Of a DNA stretch of 64,000 nt, positions 15,645-28,828 are shown piece after piece (position 1 is the stretch's first letter; every line of letters starts with the position of its first letter). Below the pieces are notes generated by a model. That model worked only from the letters and a program-made list of their open reading frames with translations, was not told the origin of the DNA and did not search any database. The DNA is from Eledone cirrhosa (Eukaryota), in NCBI GenBank assembly GCA_964016885.1, contig OZ024743.1, forward strand, positions 268,336,001-268,400,000, in the 5' to 3' direction. Both the position numbers and the translations under genes were made by a program.

Positions 15645-16055
15645 TATTTCCATACCATAAGGGTGCAAAACCTCATAGTAAGTCAATATTTTGCTTACTG
15701 CCCGACGCATGCGGTCAAGCCGTTGAAGTGACGCACACGCAAAATTAGGCCACAAGTAAAAAACGGGTTATTATAAACTTGCTGATCATGCCGCTAAAAA
15801 TAGAACAGGTGAATATTTGAATCGTTTTTTAATTTATTGAAAGAATTGTTTGATAATTACTTGCTCCCCTCATTTTTATAGATGTTGTATCGCGCTGCTT
15901 TTTCTAGCGGCTTGATCAGGAAGTTTATAATAACCCGCTTTTACTTGTGGCCTAATTTTGCGTGTTCGTCACTTCAACGGCTTGACCGCATGCGTTGGGC
16001 AGTAAGCGAAATATTGACTTACTATGAGGTTTTGCACCCTTATGGTATGGAAATA

Positions 16056-16135
16056 GCTGTCTGAAGATCTAATTCTTTCCATTGGAAATTCTCTGGATTT
16101 CTAATCCTTTGATTAGTGAAACCGTCGGTAACAGC
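16056..16135 (+). ncRNA. Type I hammerhead ribozyme with extended stem II (family A)
   Basis: Stem I gctgt/acagc; CTGAAGA; stem II ctaat..attggaaat-loop-atttctaat..attag; GAAA; stem III ccg-t-cgg; GUA cleavage triplet (cut after 16130). Confidence 0.8.
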
Positions 16136-16313
16136 AATAGAACAGGTGAATATTTAAATATTTTTTTAATTTATTTAAAGAATTGTTTGATAATTGCTTG
16201 CTCCGCTCATTTTTATAGTTCTGGTATCTCAAATTAGTACCATCGAACCACAACTATTATAAACACCATGCATATTTCTGTAGGTACCTAGTGCTTGTTG
16301 GAATATCCATACC

Positions 16314-16387
<74 letters not shown>

Positions 16388-16389
<2 letters not shown>

Positions 16390-16703
16390 AAAATGTATGA
16401 CCCTGACGGCAGAGCTCAAGCATTTCGTGGCCTATTTTTGGACTAAATTACAATTTTTATCGTGGTAAATAAATATCCGAACTTTTCAAGGGAAAATTCC
16501 TTATATGGGAAGATTGTAGTTGTCAAGAGTATTGGTCAATATTTATTTACCACGCTAAAAATTCTAATTTAGTCCAGAAATAGCCGTCGAAACGGCTTGA
16601 GCTCTGCCATCGGGGTCATACATTTGTTCTATTACCCACTCTCTAAGTATTGAGTACTCTGGTGCGTTATGATTCATCTGGTTCCTTACCACAACACCTT
16701 CGT

Positions 16704-16705
<2 letters not shown>
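16388..16705 (+). mobile_element. Family B fold-back element; decayed complete HHR on the minus arm (~16400-16493), 3' half-HHR on the plus arm
   Basis: Inverted arms; 3' terminus ggttccttaccac...ccttcgtta(TA)n shared with 26718, 35075 and 48435-50390. Confidence 0.8.
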
Positions 16706-16736
<31 letters not shown>

Positions 16737-16942
16737 ATATATATAATTTCAGCGATATTGGGATTGCGGCTGTGGTCGAAAACAAAGCGAAACGCCATAT
16801 CCGAGTTATGCTGGCAAGCTTCTATGGACCAAATAAAGACCAGAGCAGTAAACATAGGTTATAAAGAGCAAACAATGAAGCCATCAACCAAACAAGAAGC
16901 CATCAACCACCTAAGCCAAAAAGACGAGGCAAGCCAAACAGG

Positions 16943-17035
<93 letters not shown>

Positions 17036-17041
<6 letters not shown>

Positions 17042-17215
17042 GGATTAGAAATAGAAGCCAGGATTATCCGTCATCAGTGGTCTACTAGCCATCATAGGTA
17101 TTTCTTCGCATTACAGACCATATACTTCCGGCCAGGCCAATGCAATAACTAAATTAAGTCATTGGGAAAAAAAGAGTTTGGTGGAGAAAGATATATATTT
17201 ATATATATAATATGG
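17036..17215 (-). mobile_element. Family G repeat (copies at 50425-51212 and 51225-51960)
   Basis: Shared tggtct.taa.gcga.gaaatacc.atga.ggct.g.aga(c/t)caCTGATGA.gga motif. Confidence 0.7.
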
Positions 17216-17363
17216 AAAACGAAGAATCAGTGATGCATGCGCTGCTCCGAAGGAGCATAGAGTGCTCAACCGACATACCGACTATGGACGCATCCTAGCA
17301 CCCATACTACATACATTTTTATATATATATATACGTATATATACACGTATAGAATTCAAAAAT

Positions 17364-17408
17364 CCTCCGAAGACTCCAAGCCTAGGTTTGGATGAAACAA
17401 TTGTAAGT
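17364..17408 (+). ncRNA. Degenerate minimal type I hammerhead
   Basis: CCGAAGA (U4C) c-tccaagc-ctag-gtttgga-t GAAA caattg TA ag; 7-bp stem II, palindromic stem III, weak stem I. Confidence 0.45.
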
Positions 17409-18139
17409 GAATAAATGCTTTGAACATAGCTTTGATTCTTGTGAATTCTATATAACTGCTCTGTAGAACAACTGATGTTATTACATTGAGCTATTTATCT
17501 TACTGGTAACATGGTAGTAATAAATTACTGAGCTTCACTGTTTAGGGTTTAAAATATACATAACTATAAAAAGTTTTAGTATATACATAACCATAAATAG
17601 TATCCTTAATATTATATACACGTATATGTATGTGTGTGTCTATGTGTATGTGTGTTTGTGAATGTGTGTATGTAATATAATTCCTAAACATAATACCTAA
17701 TTTGCAATGAACTGTTTCATGAGCTAAAAAGCTCAGAGAATTGGAAGCTATGGATGTTAGTCACATCTTTAAGCGAATGTGCATACAAATTCGTGACGAC
17801 ATTTTGCAAAAGGTCTCATGGGAAAGGATGACAAAAGATTGCAACCAAACATAACGGAGGTGCCTTCTCTTTATCACTTCTATTCTTTGACATTTTTTTC
17901 ATTTTTTCTCATATTTTCCCATGAGAGTTCTTGCAAAATATCGTTCAGACATTTGTATGTTCGATCACCTGAAGGTATGAGTGACATCCATAGCTTTTTG
18001 TTTTGAAAGTTCGGTTAGCTCATGAAATCATTGTTTGCGTGTGAATTATCGTATGTAGGAATCATGGTAAATAAATATTCGCTTTATTTTTTTATATATT
18101 GAGGGTTCTTACTTCGTGTTCATATGTTTGCTATAATCA

Positions 18140-18194
<55 letters not shown>

Positions 18195-18210
18195 ATATAT
18201 TATATATATG

Positions 18211-18297
<87 letters not shown>

Positions 18298-18350
18298 ATA
18301 ATAATACATGTGAAGTCTAAAATCCAAAGAGGGCTTGATAAGGATAAATG

Positions 18351-18509
<159 letters not shown>

Positions 18510-18559
18510 ATAATAATACATGTGAAGTCTAAAATCCAAAGAGGGCTTGATAAGGATAA

Positions 18560-18649
<90 letters not shown>

Positions 18650-20961
18650 GGGCGGGAGGTTGTCGCAGATACAAGCTCATACTTTTTATTCAAATTCGCG
18701 TATTCAAATTGATATGAGGCTGAAGCATTCATTTCATTCTGCGGCAACTTTAGTAATAACGACGTAAAATAATAACATGTAATCAACGCTGAGGCATGAA
18801 CAGTAAATATTTGAGCCCCATGTCCAGTACTATTGCTGAATTTGTTTAATACAATGATCTTTAATTTAAACAGCAGATCCAAAACCGATATTTAACTGTA
18901 TATGGTGGAAAAAGATATGCCTGTGACTTCTGGATCATTAGTGCTTTTATTGAAGAAAATTGGCTTTAAAAATAGAGTAAAACCATCTTTTGCTTCAGCA
19001 CATCAGATAATTATCGTTAATAAAAACCTCTTTACAAATAATGATTTCCAATTTAAGCATATGGCCTAACATTTTGTTAGGATCGAAAAGTCAATTGAAT
19101 CGACTCCAGGACTATTCGGTTAGTACTTTACTATATCGAGCTCGAAAGGATGAAAAGCAAAATTGTGATTGATGAAATATGAAATCAGAAATTTAAAGGC
19201 CATTACTAAATACCACAAGGCATTATAAATGCCACAATGACTTACGATTCTGCTATTCATTCACGCTTTTTTTCTGAAAATCATATATGTTTGTTCAGGA
19301 GTTGAACAAAACCTATTTATGTACCGATGAAATATCTGGGCAAGTAAGAAAGATGTAGAGATGATACCGAAAACCAAGCGGAAGAATATTGTATGAGTAC
19401 TAACACCTAATAAAGAATACCCAAATTATGTCAACTCAACTTCTATGGTGAAACGTTAAATGAAATTAAATTTACAGCTTACACACATGTTGGTTTATCA
19501 AGCCGCCTCATACGAGATTGCATCTAATAGTAGGTCCCCCATGCATATCATGGAAAGGAACATGAAATGAAGCGTCATCTTACTCAAAAACACGTACCAT
19601 TCATTCCAGTGATTGACCCATGACTATATGATAGAGAAGTCATGACCCTAACCACTATGTTATGTTCCCTCACTCTGGAGGTTTAAATAATTGTAATATT
19701 GTAACATTGCTGAATATCTCGTGCGCTTAGGAGAAATATCCCTTGTTATCACTAAACGTATATTTGTGAATGAAACGAAAGGATCAAATTGATGGTAAGT
19801 CCTCATTAGGGTAAGGAAAATGAATCATGTGATCATTTTAAAACATGCTCATTTAAGAATATATTCTTGTATACAATACAACCTCACACACAAAGGTACA
19901 ACCTCATTTGATGGATTTGTATAGAGAGCATCTGTGTATATTTATGTGGATAGATATGTGTACGTAATATTTGGGGACAAGACCAACTAGATCTAACTCT
20001 ATAGTAACTTCATATTTGGACACACACGCACTATTCCGCACGTACATTCACACACACCCGCTTTTATATATATATATATATATATACACATACATATGTG
20101 TCCGTTTATGTATGTGTGTCTTTGTATGTGTGTGTTTGCGTGTGTGTGTGTGGTTGTATGTTTGTGTGTCTGTGTGTGTCTGTATGTGTGCGTCTGCCTG
20201 TGCATGTGCGTATGTCAAAGGAAGACAGAGAATAAGAGAGAGAGTGGGGGAGAGAGAGAGAAAGTAATTGTTTTTTAGATATAAATAAGTGGAGCAAGTG
20301 AACAAAAGACGCATATGCTATTGAAAAACACAATATATCATTGACATTTGCAATAATCTGTAGCGGGAGAAGTAGGTACTTCTAGAGGGAAAACATTTCT
20401 CCTTATTTAATGTTTTTACTTTGATGGTCAATGGCATAGATAACAACATATTTAACCATTGTTAAAATGGCGGCCTGTCGAGAGAAGTGATGTCGGTTTA
20501 CATCACGTTGACTTCACTAACATACTTCTACTGAATAATCCCAGCTAACAGCAGCTTCAATCGATCCCTCAGCTAAACTTTGGTATTTTTGTTTTCCTCA
20601 TGGGCAGTTGTGACTGACCAGATCTATGTTCAGACATGGCGGCGAAGTAGTCTCGTCGTTCGAACGTCAGATATAACACTTTGTAGAATTTATTTCGGTT
20701 CTCTATGCGGTGAGTTCAGATCTTATCATATTATAACTTTGCCTTCCAAAGGGTCATAAATGAAATACCAGCTCTGTATTTAGGTAAATTCTCTTTTCTA
20801 CATATTTAGACTCTCTCTCTCTCTCTCTTACTCACTCACTCACTCACTCACTCACACACTCACACACACACTCTCTCCCCCACACACACACACACGTTCT
20901 CTCACTCTCACACACGCATTCTCTCTCTCATACTCTCTTTCCCTATCTTTCTCTCTCTCAC

Positions 20962-21062
<101 letters not shown>

Positions 21063-21218
21063 AAAGAGAGAGAGAGAGAAATGGAAAAGTGGACTTAAAA
21101 TGATGATGATATATTGTTATACATGCTGCCGTTATAAACACACGCACCTGCTAGGTTTCACTTCAATTTATTACACATTTCAGATTAGTTGGTTTAATAA
21201 CCGGATAGTTTATTTATT

Positions 21219-21261
21219 GTCAGAGCTCTTCCGTCACACATTCTGTAACCTCATCAGTGAC
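21219..21261 (-). ncRNA. Degenerate minimal type I hammerhead
   Basis: Minus strand: gtca CTGATGA g-gttac-agaatgt-gtgac-g GAA(g)A gc TC tgac; stems I and II intact, one-base insertion in GAAA. Confidence 0.55.
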
Positions 21262-21465
21262 TAACTTGTTATTTTGTGTCCCTCCTTTGTACTGTCATAT
21301 ACCATATTTTTTTGTGTTGTGTTTTTAGTTTAGATATTTATGTTTTTATTCTTCTTCATAAACCTTTCTCTCACACAAAAACGCACACTGTATTGTCCTG
21401 TACCCTCCTTATTGTCCTCTTAATGTAAGCCCTATGTGGCTAATAAAGAAACCATTATTATTATT

Positions 21466-21647
21466 GGATTGGCAGTATCGGAAAAGCATCCGACAATATG
21501 ATTTACGGCATAGAGTTACGGCGCTTTACGTTTAGAATATTTTTTACGGGGTCGATAAAATAAAATACCTGCCACGCACTGGGTGGATTTAATCGACTTT
21601 TCCCTTCCCCCAAATTGTTGGTCTTGTGCCTAAATCAGAAATCATTA
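21466..21647 (+). mobile_element. SINE copy (partly deleted) following a LINE-like 3' end
   Basis: ggattggcagtatcgg ... acggggtcgataaaata ... agaaatcatta. Confidence 0.75.
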
Positions 21648-21661
21648 ATATATATATATAT

Positions 21662-22492
21662 ATATAACGTTTAAATAGATTGACAAACTGAAAATTCCGG
21701 TAGGCAAAACCCAACCATACCGTACCAAAAACAACGAAAGAAATAAACAGGTTAAAACAACAGACCTGGACAGATCGAACGATAATCTGCAATACGTCCG
21801 ATATGTTTCTATGAATCCGAAAGCATCAATTCCACTTACGTAATACGCAAGCTTGTGGTATTCCATGATCGACAGGCATTCTGTTCTTTTGCCTCAAACG
21901 GGTGTTAACTTAAACTCCATGCGACCGCTAAAATAGACAGCCTTCAGTCATTTCGTTGTCACGTGTTATTTCCAACAAGGGAAGCAACCCCGGTTTTTGG
22001 CAGGTAGATTCAAAGTGTTAACAAAGGAAAATTAATTCCGCTAACATTCCGAATAAAAGCTCTCAACCAGATGTTATTAAACAAACACAAATAATTAACC
22101 AATCAACAGAGTTGTCTAATTAAATTAATTAATTAATTATTATGTCTAGGAGATAATAATACAAGTGGAAACTTAGTAAAATCGAAGCTTTGGCTGTCGA
22201 CCTACAATAAGGAATGAGCAGCAGAGCAATCAATTAGGGTTGGTCCTTAGAGTAATAACATTACGTTTAAATAGCTTGACAAATTGAAAACTGCAGTAGA
22301 CAAAACCCAACCATACAGTGCCAAAAACAACGAAAGAACTAATCAGGTTTTTTTCAAATTTGTCAAGCTATTTAAACGTAATGTTATTACTCTAAGGTCC
22401 TACCCTAATTGAGTGCTTTGCTGCTCATTCCTTATTGTAAGTCAACTTTGCTTGGCCACAGCCAAAGCTCCGATTTTACTAAGCTTCCACTT
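21662..22492. mobile_element. Family C element: direct repeat plus terminal inverted segment, bounded by (TA)n
   Basis: 21665-21750 is directly repeated at 22263-22350; 22163-22290 is inverted at 22352-22491. Confidence 0.75.
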
Positions 22493-22502
22493 ATATATAT
22501 AT

Positions 22503-23420
22503 ATAAAGCCCGGCGCTGCTCGGGGCTGCTCAGTAGCTGTGTTAAAGTTACAATGTTAAGTTCCTTTCTTGGCTTAAAAACTGTAGAGTCTACAGTGTAG
22601 ACTTTTGTGTGGTACATTTGATTAATATTCCCTCAACCAACAGTATGCCTTATGAAGTTAACAAAACATAACCATAACCCGAATGTTAAAACAAAAGAGG
22701 ATGCTGGGAATAAAAATAGCACTGGTAATCTATTAACAAAAATCGAAAATGTAAACACTGCAACACTTGTCTCAGAGAAATACATCAGCGTAATCAAACT
22801 ATCAGTTATTTTGAAACAATGAAATTGGATGGACATGAAAAACAAAACAAAACAAAAATGCGTTATCTGTCTGTCATTTAAAATCATTGCTTCTAAATGA
22901 AAATCTCATAAGAATTTATTCGAGATCAATGCTTTTTTTACAAAATATTTGCTTGTTTTACGGTGCATTCAAGTAGTTTTCAAGTAAAAATATTATTTTA
23001 AAAAACTTTTTAATGGAAATGAAGCAAAATGGAAGATTAATGTTGAAACTTCGAACTCATGAATTTTGCAGGTTAAAATTTTGCTGGCCCGAAACCTGTT
23101 CATGTATTTTTGTACTTTTGCACGCGTCGTTTATTCGTAACGTAAATAGATAAACAGAATGACGCCATAAAAGGGAAATAATTCGTCTCTCATCTCTATT
23201 TATACATTTGAACTGGAAAATCAAAACATTGCAAATTCGATTTTTGCACTTGGCGTGGGTCGATTTTAAAATATTTTTGACCGATGTCTCGGCCGGATTT
23301 TCATCTATAAGTGTAGCAATTTCACCGAAATTTGAACGTACGATTTAGGAGGTGATGTGTGCCGACCGTTTTAGTAGACAGACAGACAGACATACAACCT
23401 CAGTTTTATATATATAGATA
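22503..23420 (-). mobile_element. Probable non-autonomous Helitron-like element
   Basis: Minus strand starts atctatatatataaaact...(tgtc)n and ends with the GC hairpin cccgagcagcgccggg; terminal CTAG not seen. Confidence 0.5.
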
Positions 23421-23446
23421 TGCATGTGTATATATATGCATGCATG

Positions 23447-23474
<28 letters not shown>

Positions 23475-23482
<8 letters not shown>

Positions 23483-23862
23483 TAAGAGGAATTCCAACTT
23501 TGTCTGATTTACTCGTTTTATTTACAATCCTTTAAAATTTATAATGGTATTATAATGAAATAGTATGATAGAATATTAAATTCTAAGTGTTAATTAAACA
23601 AGTACTTTCATGCTTTCGCAATCTTCAGGTTCATAATATGTGGTGACAGTCAAGTTTGCAATTTTCAGTTGAAAATTGCAAACTTGACTGTCACCACATA
23701 TTATGAACCTGAAGATTGCGAAAGCATGAAAGTACTTGTTTAATTAACACTTAGAATTTAATATTCTATCATACTATTTCATTATAATACCATTATAAAT
23801 TTTAAAGGATTGTAAATAAAACGAGTAAATCAGACAAAGTTGGAATTCCTCTTATTAATATA
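23475..23862. repeat. Perfect palindrome (193-bp arms, 2-nt loop) abutting (TA)n
   Basis: Centre ttttca-gt-tgaaaa at 23662-23675; the arms match base for base as read. Confidence 0.95.
23704..23742 (+). ncRNA. Minimal type I hammerhead variant (mirror copy at 23595-23633, minus)
   Basis: tgaac CTGAAGA t-tgc-gaaa-gca-t GAAA gtac TT gttta; palindromic stem III AGTACT. Confidence 0.65.
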
Positions 23863-23903
23863 ATCTTCTATACACAATCATACACACCCGTGTATATTTA
23901 TCT

Positions 23904-23972
<69 letters not shown>

Positions 23973-24403
23973 CTTAACTATCTTAACTATATTATATCCT
24001 CATCTCGCAGTTTTAGACAGCAATGTGTCAGAGAGTCTATACGTTTATAAGTATCTAATAATAAAGACATAAATGGCACAATTAGCATTTATCACTTCTA
24101 CCTCGTGATATGAATCAATTGTTCTTTATTCATTCTTTTTGTTATTATGTATATTGTTTAGCCTTAATTGAATCTTCATTATTGACTATCCATTGATAAT
24201 CTTCTTTTCTAGCTTTGACCAGCTCGTCTCAGTTTCTGGGGTAGAATATTGTATGTATTTCCTAATCTACATAATAATAGCTGTACAAAAATGTGTCCTT
24301 CCTTCACACTTACAAATCATACGACACAAATTTGCAACAAAAATGGTAGTGGTGGTTCTGTCTAGTCTCCATCTACAGCTTTCTTCTAACCCTCTATCTC
24401 TCT

Positions 24404-24501
<98 letters not shown>

Positions 24502-26717
24502 CTGTGTGTGTCTGTGTCTGTCTGTATGTCTGGGTGTGCGCGCGCGCGCTTGTATGCATGTATGTAACGTCATGTGATTAGAAATTTGCTGTGTTTAAAA
24601 TTGAAATGAATTGGGCTCCACTAGGGGTTGAAATACGCTGTATAACATGACATTACCCCTACAAATCTATAAAGAGAAAATAACCCATGTCATGAATAGA
24701 AGCCCCTATCTAGCAGACCTATTGAAACCCCGTTGTAACCGTTTCTTTTATCCGTGTACATTTTACCAAGAACTACTTTATATGATAGTGTCCTTCTTTT
24801 CCAATTATTTAGTGCATGTGGACACAGGCAAAACTCGATGGTTAAGAAGTTAACTTTGCAATCATGACGTTCCGAGTAAGATACCGCTACATTTGGATCT
24901 TGGGTAACTGTACTTACATTAGCTACTAGTCACTTAAAGCTCTGTAACTGAATTTGATAGGTGGTCACAAGCCTTGACAGTGAAATTGGTTATAGAGAAA
25001 TTGTGTAGAAATTCGTCGGATGGGTTTTACCTATAATTCGAAGGTTTTACTTTGTCTCAAGGTTTGTCAAGCTTGAAAATTACGTTAAGCAAAAATATCT
25101 GTGTGAAATACACAGTCACTTATAAGTTAACTTAATAATTTAGAATTCCGGGTGATTCCACAACCGAATATATATCTTCAAAGCTGATGCATGATCCGTC
25201 ATCACCAGTAAAGAGATTTGTTTGCAATTTTTAACAGAGATATCGACTACATATTAGTCCCCCCCCCACCCCCACCTTATTGGCTCGGCAGATGCTAGTG
25301 GTTTTGTTGTTGGTGTTTGTTTTTGTTTTCCCTTTCTCCTGTTTCTCATATGTACTTCAACATATGGTTGATCTTTGTTAAATTTCAACATTTATTTTGG
25401 TTGCTGTTATAAATATTTCTTCTACCTTATCCGCCATTTAAAATTCCCACACAAACAAAAAAGAAAATTACTACAGCTAATTCTAATACTATTACAAATA
25501 AATGTATATAAAAACAATAATATAAGGACAATAAATGAAATTAAAAAAAAAATCAAAGTATCCAGAACAGCAGCGAAATTTCAACGAATCGTGCCCTCTG
25601 CTCCACTTCAAAAACACCGTGCGTCATTTTCCTGCTAAAACCTAATATCTTGTAGATGATGATAGCTTTGACATAAACCAACACCGAAACAATTTTATTT
25701 ATACGATGACCTTACACAAATAATTGTAATTTTAGAAAGGTCACAACTCCACTTATTTATTTCTTTACATATTCTATGTATTTGTAAAATTTTATTTATA
25801 TATTTAATTTTCTTTTTATTATTTCTTTGTTGTTTGTTGAAGTGTTGTTGCTATGTATATATTTTTGAATTTATTTGTAAAATAATGCGGGCGTGGATTG
25901 GAGACAAATTAATTAGGTTTCCTATTTTAAGTTTGTTGTTGTCATTGTTGTTGTTTGAGTTGTTGGCCGCGGCGATGGTGACGTCACTTTAGTTGTTTTT
26001 GCTATTTTTGTTTTTCATGTTGTTTTCTGTATGAAGCCTATATTTGCACTTGCTTCTGTTGCTGATGTCGGTGTGGTGCTTGTTGTTATTATCATATCAT
26101 TTATTGTTGTTTTTATTGATGTTCTTTTTGTTGCTGTTCATATCGTTACAGATACACATATGCTTACCATTGTTGTTGTTGTTGCTGTGTAATTTCTGTT
26201 TCTGACATGCTAATTAATATGCCAAACGTTGTTGTTGTTATTGATATTACTGATATTGTTCCCTGTGTTACTTCTGTTGCTATTATTTACGTTGTTACTG
26301 ACGATGAGGCCATTAAAACACCTGCTGCTGATGTTATTGTTGTTGGTGATGTTGTTGATTTTGTTGTCTTCGTTTACTCTCGGTTATTCGTGAACAAGCA
26401 GATCCATGACTTATCTGTAGTATGTAGACACCATACATAGCATTTCGATATACAGGCTTACCACATAGTTACTAACCCCATTAAATTCTGGCATTGAGGC
26501 CTCTACTTCTTGGTGTGTAATGCCGCAGTCTGTGCTTGTCATTGTATTGTTGTTGCTGTTTGTCCACTGATCGAGCCTGATGGAGCAAACCTGAGATGAA
26601 AAGTATTCCAGTTAAGATAATCTAGTAGTAGATGTATCCGCCTTCTGATTGGTAAATTTTCTATACTTAATTGTTGAGAGATTTAGTGTTACATCTCAGC
26701 TTGTGGTCAATTATTTC

Positions 26718-26889
26718 GAGCTCAAGCCGTTTCGACGGCTAATTCTGGACTTAGTCCAGAATTAGCCGTCGAAACGGCTTGATCTCTGCCGTCGGAGTCA
26801 TACTTGTTCCTATTACACACTCTACTACCCTAAGTATTGAGTACTTTGGTGCGTTATGGTCCATCTGGTTCCTTACCACATTTCCTTCG

Positions 26890-26892
<3 letters not shown>
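26718..26892 (+). mobile_element. Short family B copy, truncated within the HHR and folded back
   Basis: Hairpin centred on ggact-t-agtcc (26747-26757); family B 3' terminus then (TA)n. A diverged family B-like terminus faces it at 26965-27080 (minus). Confidence 0.85.
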
Positions 26893-26967
<75 letters not shown>

Positions 26968-27075
26968 TAAGGATGTGGTAAGATACTAGGTTGAGCATAA
27001 CCCACCAGAGTGCTCGATACTTGGGGTAGTAGAGTGGGTAATGTGAAAAGATTCAGGACCTCAACGTCTGAATAT

Positions 27076-27270
<195 letters not shown>

Positions 27271-27303
27271 CATACATATATATATATATATATATACACA
27301 TAC

Positions 27304-27356
<53 letters not shown>

Positions 27357-27369
27357 CATATATATATAT

Positions 27370-27426
<57 letters not shown>

Positions 27427-27467
27427 AATATATATATATATATATATACATACATATATATATATAA

Positions 27468-27614
<147 letters not shown>

Positions 27615-27621
27615 CACATAC

Positions 27622-27659
<38 letters not shown>

Positions 27660-27994
27660 GTAGATAAATCTACCAAGAGTTTACGGTAGTGTCCAATCCG
27701 TATGAAGAACTCAATGTATTCCGGATATCATGGAAAGAAGAGATGTAATGAAAAACCACTTTCGGTGAAAGATAAACGGCATACAGAGTCAAGATAAAAT
27801 ATTAAACAAATAATGAATAAACAATTCCTTATATTAAACAAAAAAAAGTTCATTATTTAACGATCGTTTCTAGGATATAAATGTGTTAGAATTGGTATGC
27901 ATATTCAACAGATCTATGTACAAAATTATACAAAATTATACAAATTATCAAGATTAAATATACATACCAAACACATATATACGCCGTCTTCAGA

Positions 27995-28049
<55 letters not shown>

Positions 28050-28066
28050 CATATATATATATATAT

Positions 28067-28113
<47 letters not shown>

Positions 28114-28176
28114 AATATATATATATATATATATACATACATATATATATAAACATACATATATATATATATATAA

Positions 28177-28214
<38 letters not shown>

Positions 28215-28366
28215 ATACATAATATATATATATATATATTCTTTTTTTTAAATGTAATAACGGTGATATTAAATTAACTATTACTAATGGTAAACTATAG
28301 ATGTAAACAACGATAATGATTATTCCAATAATTAGAAATACATTGATAATAATAATAGTATCAATA

Positions 28367-28557
28367 ATAATTGTTTCTACTATTGGCACAAGACCACCAA
28401 TTATCTCACTGCATTACTGGTACTTTATTTTATCGACCCCGTAAGGATTAAAGGCCAAGTTAACGTCGACGGGATTTGAATTCAGACCATAAAGGGACGT
28501 AACTATGCTGGAAAACATGGCGTCCGACCCTCTACCGATACTGCCAATTCACCGCCC
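28367..28557 (-). mobile_element. Full-length SINE copy
   Basis: Reverse complement of the 7294 SINE from head to tail. Confidence 0.9.
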
Positions 28558-28737
28558 TAATTCTAATAATAATGGTCGTCATGCTTGTAACGATAGTACG
28601 GTGTAAGATAGACCATGAAGTTAATGTGGGAACATGTAATTATTATGGATTCTAAGAGGGTAAGGGTTAAATTGAGAATAGATTTTAAAGAATAAAATAA
28701 ATCTAAATATAGAACTAAGATTAAAAGATATATAAAG

Positions 28738-28796
<59 letters not shown>

Positions 28797-28797
28797 C

Positions 28798-28828
<31 letters not shown>

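Larger units (their letters stand above)
15489..16318 (+). mobile_element. Family A fold-back element (inverted arm + partial tandem + tail), PLE-like, between (TA)n runs
   Basis: 15489-15800 is the reverse complement of ~15902-16215; 15800-15880 directly repeats 16137-16218; homologous to 32996-33893. Confidence 0.85.
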
